DNA of 64,000 nt, taken from IMG/VR virus record IMGVR_UViG_2558860250_000001, positions 1 to 64,000 of that record; one strand, written 5' to 3'. This document shows positions 20,384 to 29,125 of this stretch, piece by piece. Position 1 is the stretch's first letter. The number at the start of each line of letters is the position of its first letter. Both the position numbers and the translations under genes were made by a program. Source of the DNA: a virus (lineage: Duplodnaviria; Caudoviricetes). The notes under the pieces are model-generated. The model saw only the letters and a list, made by a program, of their open reading frames with translations. It had not been told where the DNA came from and made no database searches.

Positions 20384-21171
20384 AAATTCACCCTATACGG
20401 CTGCAACAACACCTGAATATCACTGGTAATCACGCTGTCAGACGCCCACTGTTCCTTAAACTCCTTGTCACCAACAACAGTTTTCCCATCACTGCCGCGC
20501 GAAATCAAGTTGGCGGCGATCATTCCGGTCGCTTGTGAAATGTCATTTGGCATACCGGATATATGCGTATATTTTGCATGTTGGTAGAGAAGTGGAAGAG
20601 TCGTTATCGTATTTCCACTTACCGATAAGACAGTGACAATTTCGCTATTTTCGCCATCGTAAATTGATAATTTATCACCTTGACGAATTCCAGACGTATC
20701 AAGCAATGTTAACGTATCAGCACCAGCTACCACATCATTCGCAAGTGTCGAGACGGGAAATCCATTTACATATGTGTACTGGACAAACATGTTCAGCCCA
20801 TTGTTAAAATGCCGACCACTATACTTAAACATGGCATCCAGTACATGCAAATTAGTCGTGATGTCAATATCGTGCCATTCGGTTTGACCATCAAATTGAT
20901 ATTGGAGATTGAGGACTTGTCGAATAGGCGTGTAAAATGGCCACACAGTTATTGTCCCATCCATCGCTGGATGAAACATACGAATTTCTGTGTCGATAGT
21001 GGAACGCAGTATCTGTTTGCACCATCTATCCGCCAACGAAGACGCTCGACGTAAAATTGATAATAGTGCCGCCGATGGGTCAGTGTTGCCGTTACCTGAT
21101 AAGCAATTTAAATCAACCTCGACAAATGTATCAGCGAATTCCTTGGGACCGATATATGGTGCAAACAACAT
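20380..21171 (-). CDS. Head-tail adaptor protein
   Basis: AS..AD.WC, Y.Y.NG, P.DI..A, LL.PYR. Confidence 0.75.
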   Translation of the reverse strand: MLFAPYIGPKEFADTFVEVDLNCLSGNGNTDPSAALLSILRRASSLADRWCKQILRSTIDTEIRMFHPAMDGTITVWPFYTPIRQVLNLQYQFDGQTEWHDIDITTNLHVLDAMFKYSGRHFNNGLNMFVQYTYVNGFPVSTLANDVVAGADTLTLLDTSGIRQGDKLSIYDGENSEIVTVLSVSGNTITTLPLLYQHAKYTHISGMPNDISQATGMIAANLISRGSDGKTVVGDKEFKEQWASDSVITSDIQVLLQPYRVNL

Positions 21172-21184
21172 GGTTCACACCACC

Positions 21185-21445
21185 TTACTTCGTACGCCTA
21201 GTAGTCGTTGTTTTCTTTGCCGTTTCAACAGCAGATTGCGTAGATGTAGAGTCTAATCCCGTAAATTGTTTGATTGCTGCTTCGCCTTCGGACACCAACG
21301 CAAATCCTTGTTTGACGAACACCTCGGCGTCTTCTGCCAAATCGACTAAGAAATGTTTCGCTTTAACTTCATACACTTTAGTCCGCGACACATTTGTTGC
21401 ATCCGCATCCAGCCTAAACAAAGCTGGTAATTTCACAGTAGTCAC
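21185..21445 (-). CDS. Small head-associated hypothetical protein
   Basis: RBS; basic C-terminus; synteny. Confidence 0.5.
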   Translation of the reverse strand: MTTVKLPALFRLDADATNVSRTKVYEVKAKHFLVDLAEDAEVFVKQGFALVSEGEAAIKQFTGLDSTSTQSAVETAKKTTTTRRTK

Positions 21446-21446
21446 C

Positions 21447-21674
21447 TCAATTTGATTTGCCGAAAATACGATCCCATTGCTCCTTGGTCAAACTTGAACC
21501 AAGCGCATAGGACTGTTTGTATACACCACAAAATGCCTTTCGTCCATTTTTGCTCTCATTCACAAATTTCTGCCCAACTGTATCAGGAACATCAATTACG
21601 CCGTCGCGATTGTTATAAACAACACCATTGTGTTCAATATTCATATTTTTATCGATTGCTTCGAGTTTCATCGT
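21447..21674 (-). CDS. Small hypothetical protein after capsid gene
   Basis: GGAGG before MKLEAID; start approximate. Confidence 0.45.
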   Translation of the reverse strand, partial: TMKLEAIDKNMNIEHNGVVYNNRDGVIDVPDTVGQKFVNESKNGRKAFCGVYKQSYALGSSLTKEQWDRIFGKSN

Positions 21675-21730
21675 TACCTCCACACAAAACAAATAGGGCA
21701 ATGAGTGTTAACCCATCGCCCTGTGTATTA

Positions 21731-23185
21731 TTAAGCAGTTAGGGAAGGAGAAATACCGTACAACACACCTTGCAGCATCGGGATGTACAACTTTAGCGTA
21801 CCAAGCAAACGAACCTCAGTCGTCCAACCTGGGTTATTGTACGTTGGAGCATAGTTGATCTCCGTGTAATCTTGCACCAAGTCCATCGCAATCGGCGCCG
21901 GAATTTCTGCGCCAGGATACCACGACGGTAGTTCCGTTTGTAGTGCCAAAATCATACCCTGCGGCAAGTCACGGTGCGTATTCACCTTTACGACAGATGC
22001 GGTCTGCGGGTTAATCAATCGACTTACCTTCACGCCGCCAGCCGCGCCATTTTGTTCCTCGACGAGAATTGTGTATGGCGTATTGGAATTGCCAAGAACC
22101 AAATCGGTAATCGTTTGAGATTCGGTCGAATGTACGTAAATAACATTCGGATCACCAGCAGCGTTGTCCCACAATGCCTTAAACATACTCTTGATCGGCC
22201 CCATGTCCGTCAATTCGCCACCGACATTCTGTGTATAACCACCACCAGCAAAAATCTGTGGGATAATACCGTTCCATGCGAGTGGAGATGCCGAATTATC
22301 GGTCACATATACAGACGGTTGTTTCCCACTCGTCGGCAACGAAGTGATTGTTAGAGGCGCACCATTCGTCGAATACTGCTCAGACAACAACTTACCATCT
22401 TGAACGTTCGCAGCGGTCACGAGATATTCCGCACCAGATGCCGAGCCAGCATATACTTCAAAGCCGACAATTGGTTGATTCGTCGGGAATACCGGCGTAA
22501 CCACAACGTTCTCACCGTCCGCTACCGACACGCTTACTTCAGAAGATGGCATTGCATTGCCCATAGCGGTAAACGCAACTACTTGGACGTATACATTTCC
22601 AGCAGATAGACCAGAACCACTACCCGATGTTACAACAGTAGGGGAAGGAGACGTACCCACAGCACCAGGAGCATTAGAATTAGCAGAGCCGACCGTGTTC
22701 TGTGCGTAAAGGATATTGCGTTCCTCAGCAATCATGGTAGCACGAAGCAAGTTCGCAACAGCCAGTGCACGAGATTGCACATACGGCTGACCTTCCCATT
22801 CTTGCTCGTAGGTAACTTTGTCAGCAAGCGCCATACTAGCATACTTAGCATTTTTATCACTAACACTCGATGCGACAATTTGTCCGGCCATACCCTCAGC
22901 AACGAAGCCGTTCAAACCAGCCGTGTTGATGCCATCGACAACTTTGTATTCGACTTGCTTACCGCGTCCAGATTGACGAGGGAGGACATTACGAATCGGC
23001 GTAAGTAACGGAACCAGTGTACCCAAGAATGGTTCCAAGTTATAAGGTTGTAAGCCACTTGAAGTGTCGAATGTCTTCTTGAATTCAGGATCGAGAGTAG
23101 CAGGAATTGGTGCTTGCCCAGTCATTACTTCGACCGTCTTCTGGATTTCATTCATAACCATTTGATCATCTTCGATATATGCCAT
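21731..23185 (-). CDS. Major capsid protein (with beta-rich insertion)
   Basis: Follows scaffold; YNLEP..L.P..TPIRN.LPR, FVAEG, EER.IL. Confidence 0.85.
   Translation of the reverse strand: MAYIEDDQMVMNEIQKTVEVMTGQAPIPATLDPEFKKTFDTSSGLQPYNLEPFLGTLVPLLTPIRNVLPRQSGRGKQVEYKVVDGINTAGLNGFVAEGMAGQIVASSVSDKNAKYASMALADKVTYEQEWEGQPYVQSRALAVANLLRATMIAEERNILYAQNTVGSANSNAPGAVGTSPSPTVVTSGSGSGLSAGNVYVQVVAFTAMGNAMPSSEVSVSVADGENVVVTPVFPTNQPIVGFEVYAGSASGAEYLVTAANVQDGKLLSEQYSTNGAPLTITSLPTSGKQPSVYVTDNSASPLAWNGIIPQIFAGGGYTQNVGGELTDMGPIKSMFKALWDNAAGDPNVIYVHSTESQTITDLVLGNSNTPYTILVEEQNGAAGGVKVSRLINPQTASVVKVNTHRDLPQGMILALQTELPSWYPGAEIPAPIAMDLVQDYTEINYAPTYNNPGWTTEVRLLGTLKLYIPMLQGVLYGISPSLTA
23034..23068. repeat. 35-bp exact direct repeat, copy in capsid gene
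   Basis: TCCAAGTTATAAGGTTGTAAGCCACTTGAAGTGTC identical to 23906-23940. Confidence 0.97.
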
Positions 23186-23187
23186 TA

Positions 23188-24759
23188 TTATTTATTACCT
23201 CCAGTTAATTTTGCGAATTCTTCATCAATACGTTGCTTTCTCAGGGCAGGACTCAAGTTGGGGTATTTAGCGGATACCGTCTTAACAGCCTCGGCATACA
23301 AATTGCTCTCGTCAGTCTTGTCCGGAGTATCAGCGTTAGCAAATTTCTCGACCGCAGTAGTCGTGATACCCTTTGGCGGTTGCGCAGTATTCTCGACCAC
23401 TTCGAGCCGTTCATTAAACTGACTCAACTTTTCGCCAAGTTCATTTGCGGATTTTTGTAATCCCGCAATCATGCCTTTTATATTATCTGTATCAATAACG
23501 GTCGACTTCGTAACGGTATTAAATTTCTCGTCCATAATTGCCAATACGGACTTAGTAACCTCTTCAATAATTGCATTTTTAAGTCCAAGTGGATCATTAT
23601 TGGCTTCTTCAACAGCGTTTGGTGCATTGGTTCCTGTTGAATCGACTGGCTTTCCGGGTTCCTCGACAATTTCATTTGCAGCCTGTGCTTCCGGTCGAAC
23701 TAAATTGTCGTTATCTCCATCGCGATCTTTATCAACTTGATTAGCCATTGCTTCGACAACACCGCGAATCTCACTAAGTTGCGTTTGCATGCCTTCCATG
23801 ACATTGCGTAATTCGTCAACCGCTGCCTTAGTGGAATCAGCCGATGTTACCTGTGGGGTATTTTCATCTGCCACAGTTGTTTTTTCCTCCTTTTTATCAT
23901 CACCATCCAAGTTATAAGGTTGTAAGCCACTTGAAGTGTCCAGAGTTTTATTGGCATTCTCTTTCCATGCTTCAGGTATCTTTAAACCTTTACGACGGGC
24001 AATCTCAATAATGCGACGTTTTACTGCATCGGGATCTTTTGCATGACCGATTAGTCTAGCAGCATTGTCTACGTCTTCTTGATCTTTAATGGGGAACGAA
24101 CGATGTGGCCCAGCGAAATCTTCTTCCGACATCGAGTTTCGTTCCTTTTGACTATAATAACGTTTTGCGAATTGCGCAGTATCATCGTCATCAATTCCGA
24201 AACCATCAACCATTGCATTAATCCAATCGATATCGTCATCGTTTAGCATAGCAACAATTACGTCATTCTGATCTACCGTTTTCCACTCCTTTAATTCTGC
24301 ATCGAACGTGGCAACAACGGGAGATTTGATGACTTGGAAATCCGCTTGATACGACGCGGGGATATCGACAATTGATGTCTCAATCACTTCACCGTCTATC
24401 AATCGTCCACGATCAGCCTGTGGATCATGAACTATCACAGGATTTTTGATACCAATGCTAAAGCCATTTAACTCTCCATCCTCTATTTGTCGCCACGCAT
24501 CAGGATCGGAAATTTTAGCTGTAATATAAAATCCTTTTTGGACTGGATCCCAATCTGAACACGTTAGAACTTTCCCTACAACTCGCGGTTGATGAAGATA
24601 CCTGATGTTTCCGTATTTTTCTGCCCACTGTTTGTAGTTGTTCTTCAGGAAGTTTTCATCAATAATTTGTTTGTCTCTGTCTAGATTTGAGGATGCCGCT
24701 ATACCCTCAACTATATGTTGTTTTGAGTCCTTTTTTGTGAAATCAGCTACGAGTGCCAC
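23188..24759 (-). CDS. Prohead protease (HK97-type) + DUF6582-like domain + scaffold
   Basis: V.G.A....DRD, YLHQ, GFSIG, E.S.VD.PA; FAGP.RSFPI.D..DV.NA; acidic coiled-coil C-terminus. Confidence 0.85.
   Translation of the reverse strand: MALVADFTKKDSKQHIVEGIAASSNLDRDKQIIDENFLKNNYKQWAEKYGNIRYLHQPRVVGKVLTCSDWDPVQKGFYITAKISDPDAWRQIEDGELNGFSIGIKNPVIVHDPQADRGRLIDGEVIETSIVDIPASYQADFQVIKSPVVATFDAELKEWKTVDQNDVIVAMLNDDDIDWINAMVDGFGIDDDDTAQFAKRYYSQKERNSMSEEDFAGPHRSFPIKDQEDVDNAARLIGHAKDPDAVKRRIIEIARRKGLKIPEAWKENANKTLDTSSGLQPYNLDGDDKKEEKTTVADENTPQVTSADSTKAAVDELRNVMEGMQTQLSEIRGVVEAMANQVDKDRDGDNDNLVRPEAQAANEIVEEPGKPVDSTGTNAPNAVEEANNDPLGLKNAIIEEVTKSVLAIMDEKFNTVTKSTVIDTDNIKGMIAGLQKSANELGEKLSQFNERLEVVENTAQPPKGITTTAVEKFANADTPDKTDESNLYAEAVKTVSAKYPNLSPALRKQRIDEEFAKLTGGNK
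23906..23940. repeat. 35-bp exact direct repeat, copy in protease/scaffold gene
   Basis: Identical to 23034-23068. Confidence 0.97.
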
Positions 24760-24781
24760 GTATCACCACCTCCGACAGACG

Positions 24782-25222
24782 TTATTCATTAACGCTGTTG
24801 TCTTGTTCGAGCATACGTTTCAGTTCGTCCAACTCTTCATTGGACATATCAGATATCGACTTGTGTTCGTCAACTGTCGCATCTAACTTAACGTTGTCCT
24901 TCAATTTGCCCAATGCTTTCAGCGCCAGTTCCAGCGCTTTAACACTTGGTCCCTTACCATTTGGGTTATTGAATATGAGCAAGTCTAGTTGACGATAATA
25001 CTCGCCAACTCTTGACTCCATGCCCTTGTCAGCAACGTGATTGATATACTCGACAAAATCATCATTATTTGATAACCACTCGTACAACGTTGAGCGTGGA
25101 CATCCCGTTTTCTCGCACACTTCAACCTTGGTGAGTGGTCTAAAGCCATCGTCAGGATCGCCAAGTGCAATCATTTCCGCAACACGACGCTGCTTGGCGG
25201 TGAGATTGAATTGCTTTGGCAT
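24782..25222 (-). CDS. Terminase small subunit-like HTH protein (phBC6A51-like)
   Basis: LTAKQ..A, EV.EK.G..RSTLYEW..F, PSVKALEL..K..G.L. Confidence 0.7.
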   Translation of the reverse strand: MPKQFNLTAKQRRVAEMIALGDPDDGFRPLTKVEVCEKTGCPRSTLYEWLSNNDDFVEYINHVADKGMESRVGEYYRQLDLLIFNNPNGKGPSVKALELALKALGKLKDNVKLDATVDEHKSISDMSNEELDELKRMLEQDNSVNE

Positions 25223-25254
25223 AATGGTTCACCTCCGTTCTATATCACCACCTC

Positions 25255-27579
25255 TTATATGGATTCCGATGTTATGAAATGGATACAATTTGGGTGTGCA
25301 GGTATGGGGAGACTCATAGCCTCGCTGTAGGTATATGGACCATTTGCAATCATAGTTTGACATGTTGTGCATTTGCCGCTACCAGGTGAAACAATGTATT
25401 GACGCGCATCTGTTCGATTCATCGCTCTATCAAATGCAAATACGCCAAGATTCCACGGGCGCGAAACTTCTGTCATTGCGATGCTTTGACCTTTCCAACT
25501 ATTACGGTCACTCAGCCATTGTTTTAGCGAATTGTACAATTGCTTACCAAGCACTCCGGCAGCCACCAATTTGGCGTGCTGTGCAGTAAGTTCGTCGTGA
25601 TACGTATTCACGATTTCCTGCGCTGTACGGTTGGCATCTTGTCGCAATTCCATAGATACGGAAGGTGGGAGGGAAGTGATTAACTGTTCGTCCTCGTCAC
25701 GCGCCATTGTATTATACGATTCAAGAAATGTGTCTTGCTTCAACGTATAAAGCGCCTGGGAAAGTTGATGTATTTGCGATGAATCCAACGTAAATGCCGA
25801 TTTCACCATATCAGCGGTAATCATGCTCGGCGACCAATTACGTTGTCGCATTAATCGTAAAAACGCGGCTACGAATATCAATTCGAACTCGTGCGTTTCG
25901 CGTTTCTCGTCATTTGCCTTCTTGGTCGTATCGGCTACCAATGTTTTCTTAACCGTATTAATTGTTGGTCCATTAGGAGTCCCTGCACGCGCACGAGGTG
26001 GTTGGGCGGGCTTCGATTTATTCTCTTCCGGCGCCTCCGTATGCGACGTGTCTAATTTGGCAGATGGGTCTTTGGTCTGATTCGGATTCGGCGTTTCTAC
26101 ATCAGGATTTGGCGCATCTTGCGTCAACGGTACATCATGAGTAAATGTATCATCAGGTAATGGCACGCCACCAATTGCACCCAAATTGACAGCCACGCTA
26201 CCCTTAACGGAACCAGCAACAAGGTCAGGTAAGAAGTAAACTCGATCACCAACAACCAAAATTCGATTGATTCCTTCTGGTTCCTCGCCGTTCTCAATCA
26301 ATATCTGGTCGATGGATTTTTGCCCACTGTTTATAAGGATTTGGTTAATCTCAGCGCGTTCACGTTCCTCACGTTCGAGCAAGTCATTGAACACGAAACA
26401 CAAGTCATCGTTGCCGAAATGATATTTGATAATATCGCTAAATAAATCCTGAATGAATTCGCACATAAACAATGTTTGTTTATCATGCACGTCACTAGCA
26501 ATCTCGCCAAAACTTTTACCACCAAGTCCACTCGTTTGCGGTACAATGCCCATTTCGTGAGGTTGTACGCCAAGTAAGCAGCACGTCATACTAGCTACCC
26601 AGTTCACAAATGTACTGTCCCACGAAAATGGTCTAACTTGTACTGGTGCAGTACCAGCAGGGATCGGGTTAAACTCACGCAGCGCATTGGCATTCCCTTT
26701 TAAACGAGTGTTCATGTATTGCGCGAATTGTTCAACCTTCTGCATATCCCATTCGGCGGGAACACTGAACAATACTTCCGGTATCGAACCTTCCTTGAAA
26801 TAGGACTCGATGTATTTCTCGTTGTTCATCGCCAAACGGATGTGAGCCAATACCTGTTGGACAATTGAAACGCCATATGGAGATGTATTTGTCGGATTAT
26901 ATACGCGATATATCAATTCCTCGATGGTGAATTGTTCGCGTGGCATTCCCCATACCCACTGTTGATAAGCAGGGTAGGGAGGCTCAGGCAAACGTCCATC
27001 ATTCGCCAACAACACTTTTATGGTTTCTGCGGCGATACGTTCCATCGACAGGAGTTCATTATTACGCTTGCGTCGCGCCCACAGCGCCACGGCATCAACA
27101 ATAAAAATATCATCCACTATTGCATTCAGCCACGACTTGTAATCCGTCTTCGGCATCCGTACCCATTTTCCATTTACCTTGGACATGTAGCCCTCTGGAT
27201 GTCTGAAAAACTCCTCAATATCGCGGATCGCTTTAGCGTTTTTCTCCTGCAACTCATACATCTGTTTCTTGTTCTTACGTTCACGGACTTGAATAGACCA
27301 TTTCAACGACCGCAATTCTTCCTTGCGGCGAGATAGGCACCTAGCCATCAAGTCATATTCGGTCGCTATTTTGCGGAGATACTCGTGCGATACCGCTTGT
27401 TCGGCTTGAGGAGGATTTAAATTGACGCCAGGGCGATATTGCCACTGTCGAGGAGTCCCTTCGATTGGCGATGGATTGATTGGCTCGTTTGGCGAAAATT
27501 CACCAACGAACTCAGATTGATCCAACTTTTTACGACCGAGCAACCAATTTAGTGGACGTTGGAAAAATCCATTCTGTAT
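25255..27579 (-). CDS. Portal protein fused to C-terminal MuF-like head morphogenesis domain
   Basis: PYG.S, YF.EG..P, GV.P.E.G; Pro-rich linker; IA.TE..CTTC..PAHPNC; frame extends upstream of TTG 27543 to an ATA behind GGAGGTG (start approximate). Confidence 0.88.
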   Translation of the reverse strand: MQNGFFQRPLNWLLGRKKLDQSEFVGEFSPNEPINPSPIEGTPRQWQYRPGVNLNPPQAEQAVSHEYLRKIATEYDLMARCLSRRKEELRSLKWSIQVRERKNKKQMYELQEKNAKAIRDIEEFFRHPEGYMSKVNGKWVRMPKTDYKSWLNAIVDDIFIVDAVALWARRKRNNELLSMERIAAETIKVLLANDGRLPEPPYPAYQQWVWGMPREQFTIEELIYRVYNPTNTSPYGVSIVQQVLAHIRLAMNNEKYIESYFKEGSIPEVLFSVPAEWDMQKVEQFAQYMNTRLKGNANALREFNPIPAGTAPVQVRPFSWDSTFVNWVASMTCCLLGVQPHEMGIVPQTSGLGGKSFGEIASDVHDKQTLFMCEFIQDLFSDIIKYHFGNDDLCFVFNDLLEREERERAEINQILINSGQKSIDQILIENGEEPEGINRILVVGDRVYFLPDLVAGSVKGSVAVNLGAIGGVPLPDDTFTHDVPLTQDAPNPDVETPNPNQTKDPSAKLDTSHTEAPEENKSKPAQPPRARAGTPNGPTINTVKKTLVADTTKKANDEKRETHEFELIFVAAFLRLMRQRNWSPSMITADMVKSAFTLDSSQIHQLSQALYTLKQDTFLESYNTMARDEDEQLITSLPPSVSMELRQDANRTAQEIVNTYHDELTAQHAKLVAAGVLGKQLYNSLKQWLSDRNSWKGQSIAMTEVSRPWNLGVFAFDRAMNRTDARQYIVSPGSGKCTTCQTMIANGPYTYSEAMSLPIPAHPNCIHFITSESI

Positions 27580-27907
27580 ATCAATTCACCTCCATTCTGA
27601 CGTGGGTATTTTTATGTACATCAAAGTAAACATTGGTAATTTAGGACGCTTTTTAAATCGAATATCGGTAATCTTGGACGTGTGGCATCAGCCTTACTGC
27701 CACAAGGGATTCAGCCGCTTTTAAGCACTATTTTCGAGCAATTATATCTATTCTTATTCAACTACTACTCATGCTCATCGAACATAATACGATGCGTTTT
27801 ATTTGGATACGAATCCATGCGATTAATTACAAACTATTCAACGTTGAGACAAACGCCTCATGGATGGGTGCGAGAGATTATATCAATCACACCACACCAT
27901 CAAACGT

Positions 27908-28285
27908 TTAGTATACTGAATCTGAAACCACATAAGCAGCGAATATAATTGCGCCTCTTACTTCGTTTGTATCTACTCCATATTCATCACATATCCAATC
28001 AACTGTTCTTCCATTTGCTAGGTCATTTAATATTTCTCGAACAGTTAATGATGTTCCAATTATCCTTGGCTGCCCATCTAGTCCACGATCAATTAGAGGG
28101 TGCTTGGATAAATGATAGTCAATATTAACTTTTCGTGTTTCTTCTAATCCTAATTCGTGTTGTATAGCTTCCATCGTAGTATTAATCTCACGATATACTT
28201 TGTTTCCCTGTTCACTTAATTTGATTAATTGTTCAAGATACCCCTGTAAATACTTAACTCGATCAGCGCCTGTTAAATTCAACAT
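27908..28285 (-). CDS. DUF433-domain protein with N-terminal helical extension
   Basis: GQPRI.GT.LTV..IL..LA.G......EY......V..AI.FA. Confidence 0.75.
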   Translation of the reverse strand: MLNLTGADRVKYLQGYLEQLIKLSEQGNKVYREINTTMEAIQHELGLEETRKVNIDYHLSKHPLIDRGLDGQPRIIGTSLTVREILNDLANGRTVDWICDEYGVDTNEVRGAIIFAAYVVSDSVY

Positions 28286-28505
28286 TCATCATCATCCTCA
28301 TCATCAAATGTAGTCAATGGGTCGCACGGCACGTAACGGCCAACCGACTCAACACGCGATACGACACGGGGATATGTCATATCGCACGCTCAATCGATTG
28401 ATAGGGGAGGGAAGTATATGAATAAGGGGATAACGTAAATCAACCCACGCACGCAATGGTGAGTGGGTGGGTGAGATTGCCCATGACGAGATGGGCGATG
28501 TTCGA

Positions 28506-28579
28506 TACCGCATGTGGGATTCGAACCCACGTGTCACCGATAGAAAGTCGGCTGTGTTAGACCGCTTCACCAATGCGCC
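28506..28579 (-). tRNA. tRNA-Glu(TTC), atypical or degenerate
   Basis: T-arm GTGGG-TTCGAAT-CCCAC; anticodon arm GCCGA-CTTTCTA-TCGGT; D-loop with GG; acceptor G1-U72 and G2/G71 mismatch; no CCA. Confidence 0.75.
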
Positions 28580-28584
28580 ATGTA

Positions 28585-29059
28585 ATACGACGTTTAGGGT
28601 ACGTCGTCAACCCGCGCCTTGATAGGCCGATGTACAATTGTTCAATGGTCGAAGTATAAGTCAAGTCGGCGCAAGGCCATATACAAATTCCGGTCGGCGT
28701 ATAGCCTTTGCTGCGCGCAACGGCGCACACATCATGTGGTAATTTGCCCTTCGGCTAGACATCATTGCTGCGTCATCGGCAGCGTAGATGGTATCGTAAC
28801 CGGTTAATGCGCGACCTCATAGGTATCTGCTGTAATTTGCGATTCGCATACACAGATTTAACCCGCCGGTGGATTTACGGCTGTTAGACACAACTACGCA
28901 TACGATACCACCTACGCCAGCGACGAGGCTGGCTGGTGGTCTCAGGTGGATTACTCCACTAGTTGAGGTAATTCGCTCACCGTAGGCAGGTTGACCTACC
29001 CTGCATCGACTACCACTTTCGTGTGCCCGATGGCTGTCCGTTCCATCGCTCTACGGTGA
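28585..29059 (-). ncRNA. Candidate large ornate structured ncRNA (~480 nt)
   Basis: No credible ORF; more than a dozen helices including 9-bp and 17-bp long-range stems; candidate pseudoknots; extended -10 directly upstream. Confidence 0.7.
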
Positions 29060-29061
29060 TT

Positions 29062-29070
29062 ATTATATCA
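29062..29070 (-). promoter_or_regulatory. Extended -10 (TGATATAAT) upstream of the ncRNA/tRNA
   Basis: TGnTATAAT match abutting the first RNA helix. Confidence 0.6.
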
Positions 29071-29125
29071 ATTGCATAATGTCCGACTTTGTACGATGGT
29101 ATATCCTTTTCTATACATATATGCA

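Noticed and set aside
160-27336. Numerous plus-strand ORFs opposite the structural genes
   Set aside because: Antisense shadows of the real minus-strand genes, without SD or motifs
27686-27720. CCTT-N8-AAGG and TGTGGCA/TGCCACA palindromes upstream of portal as origin or operator
   Set aside because: Single short occurrence with no corroborating repeat; could be chance or an mRNA leader hairpin
28506-28579. tRNA-Arg(TCT) or amber suppressor (CTA) reading of loop CTTTCTA
   Set aside because: The 5-bp stem fixes a 7-nt loop with TTC at 34-36; the body resembles tRNA-Glu
28349-28807. ORFs 28349-28573 (-) and 28619-28807 (+)
   Set aside because: They overlap the tRNA and structured RNA, lack SD sequences and have no protein-like features
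28585-29059. tmRNA, RNase P RNA, SRP RNA or group I/II intron
   Set aside because: Signature sequences (GGGG..TTCGAC/CCACCA ends, GAGGAAAGTCC, intron core motifs) not found by eye, and no interrupted gene
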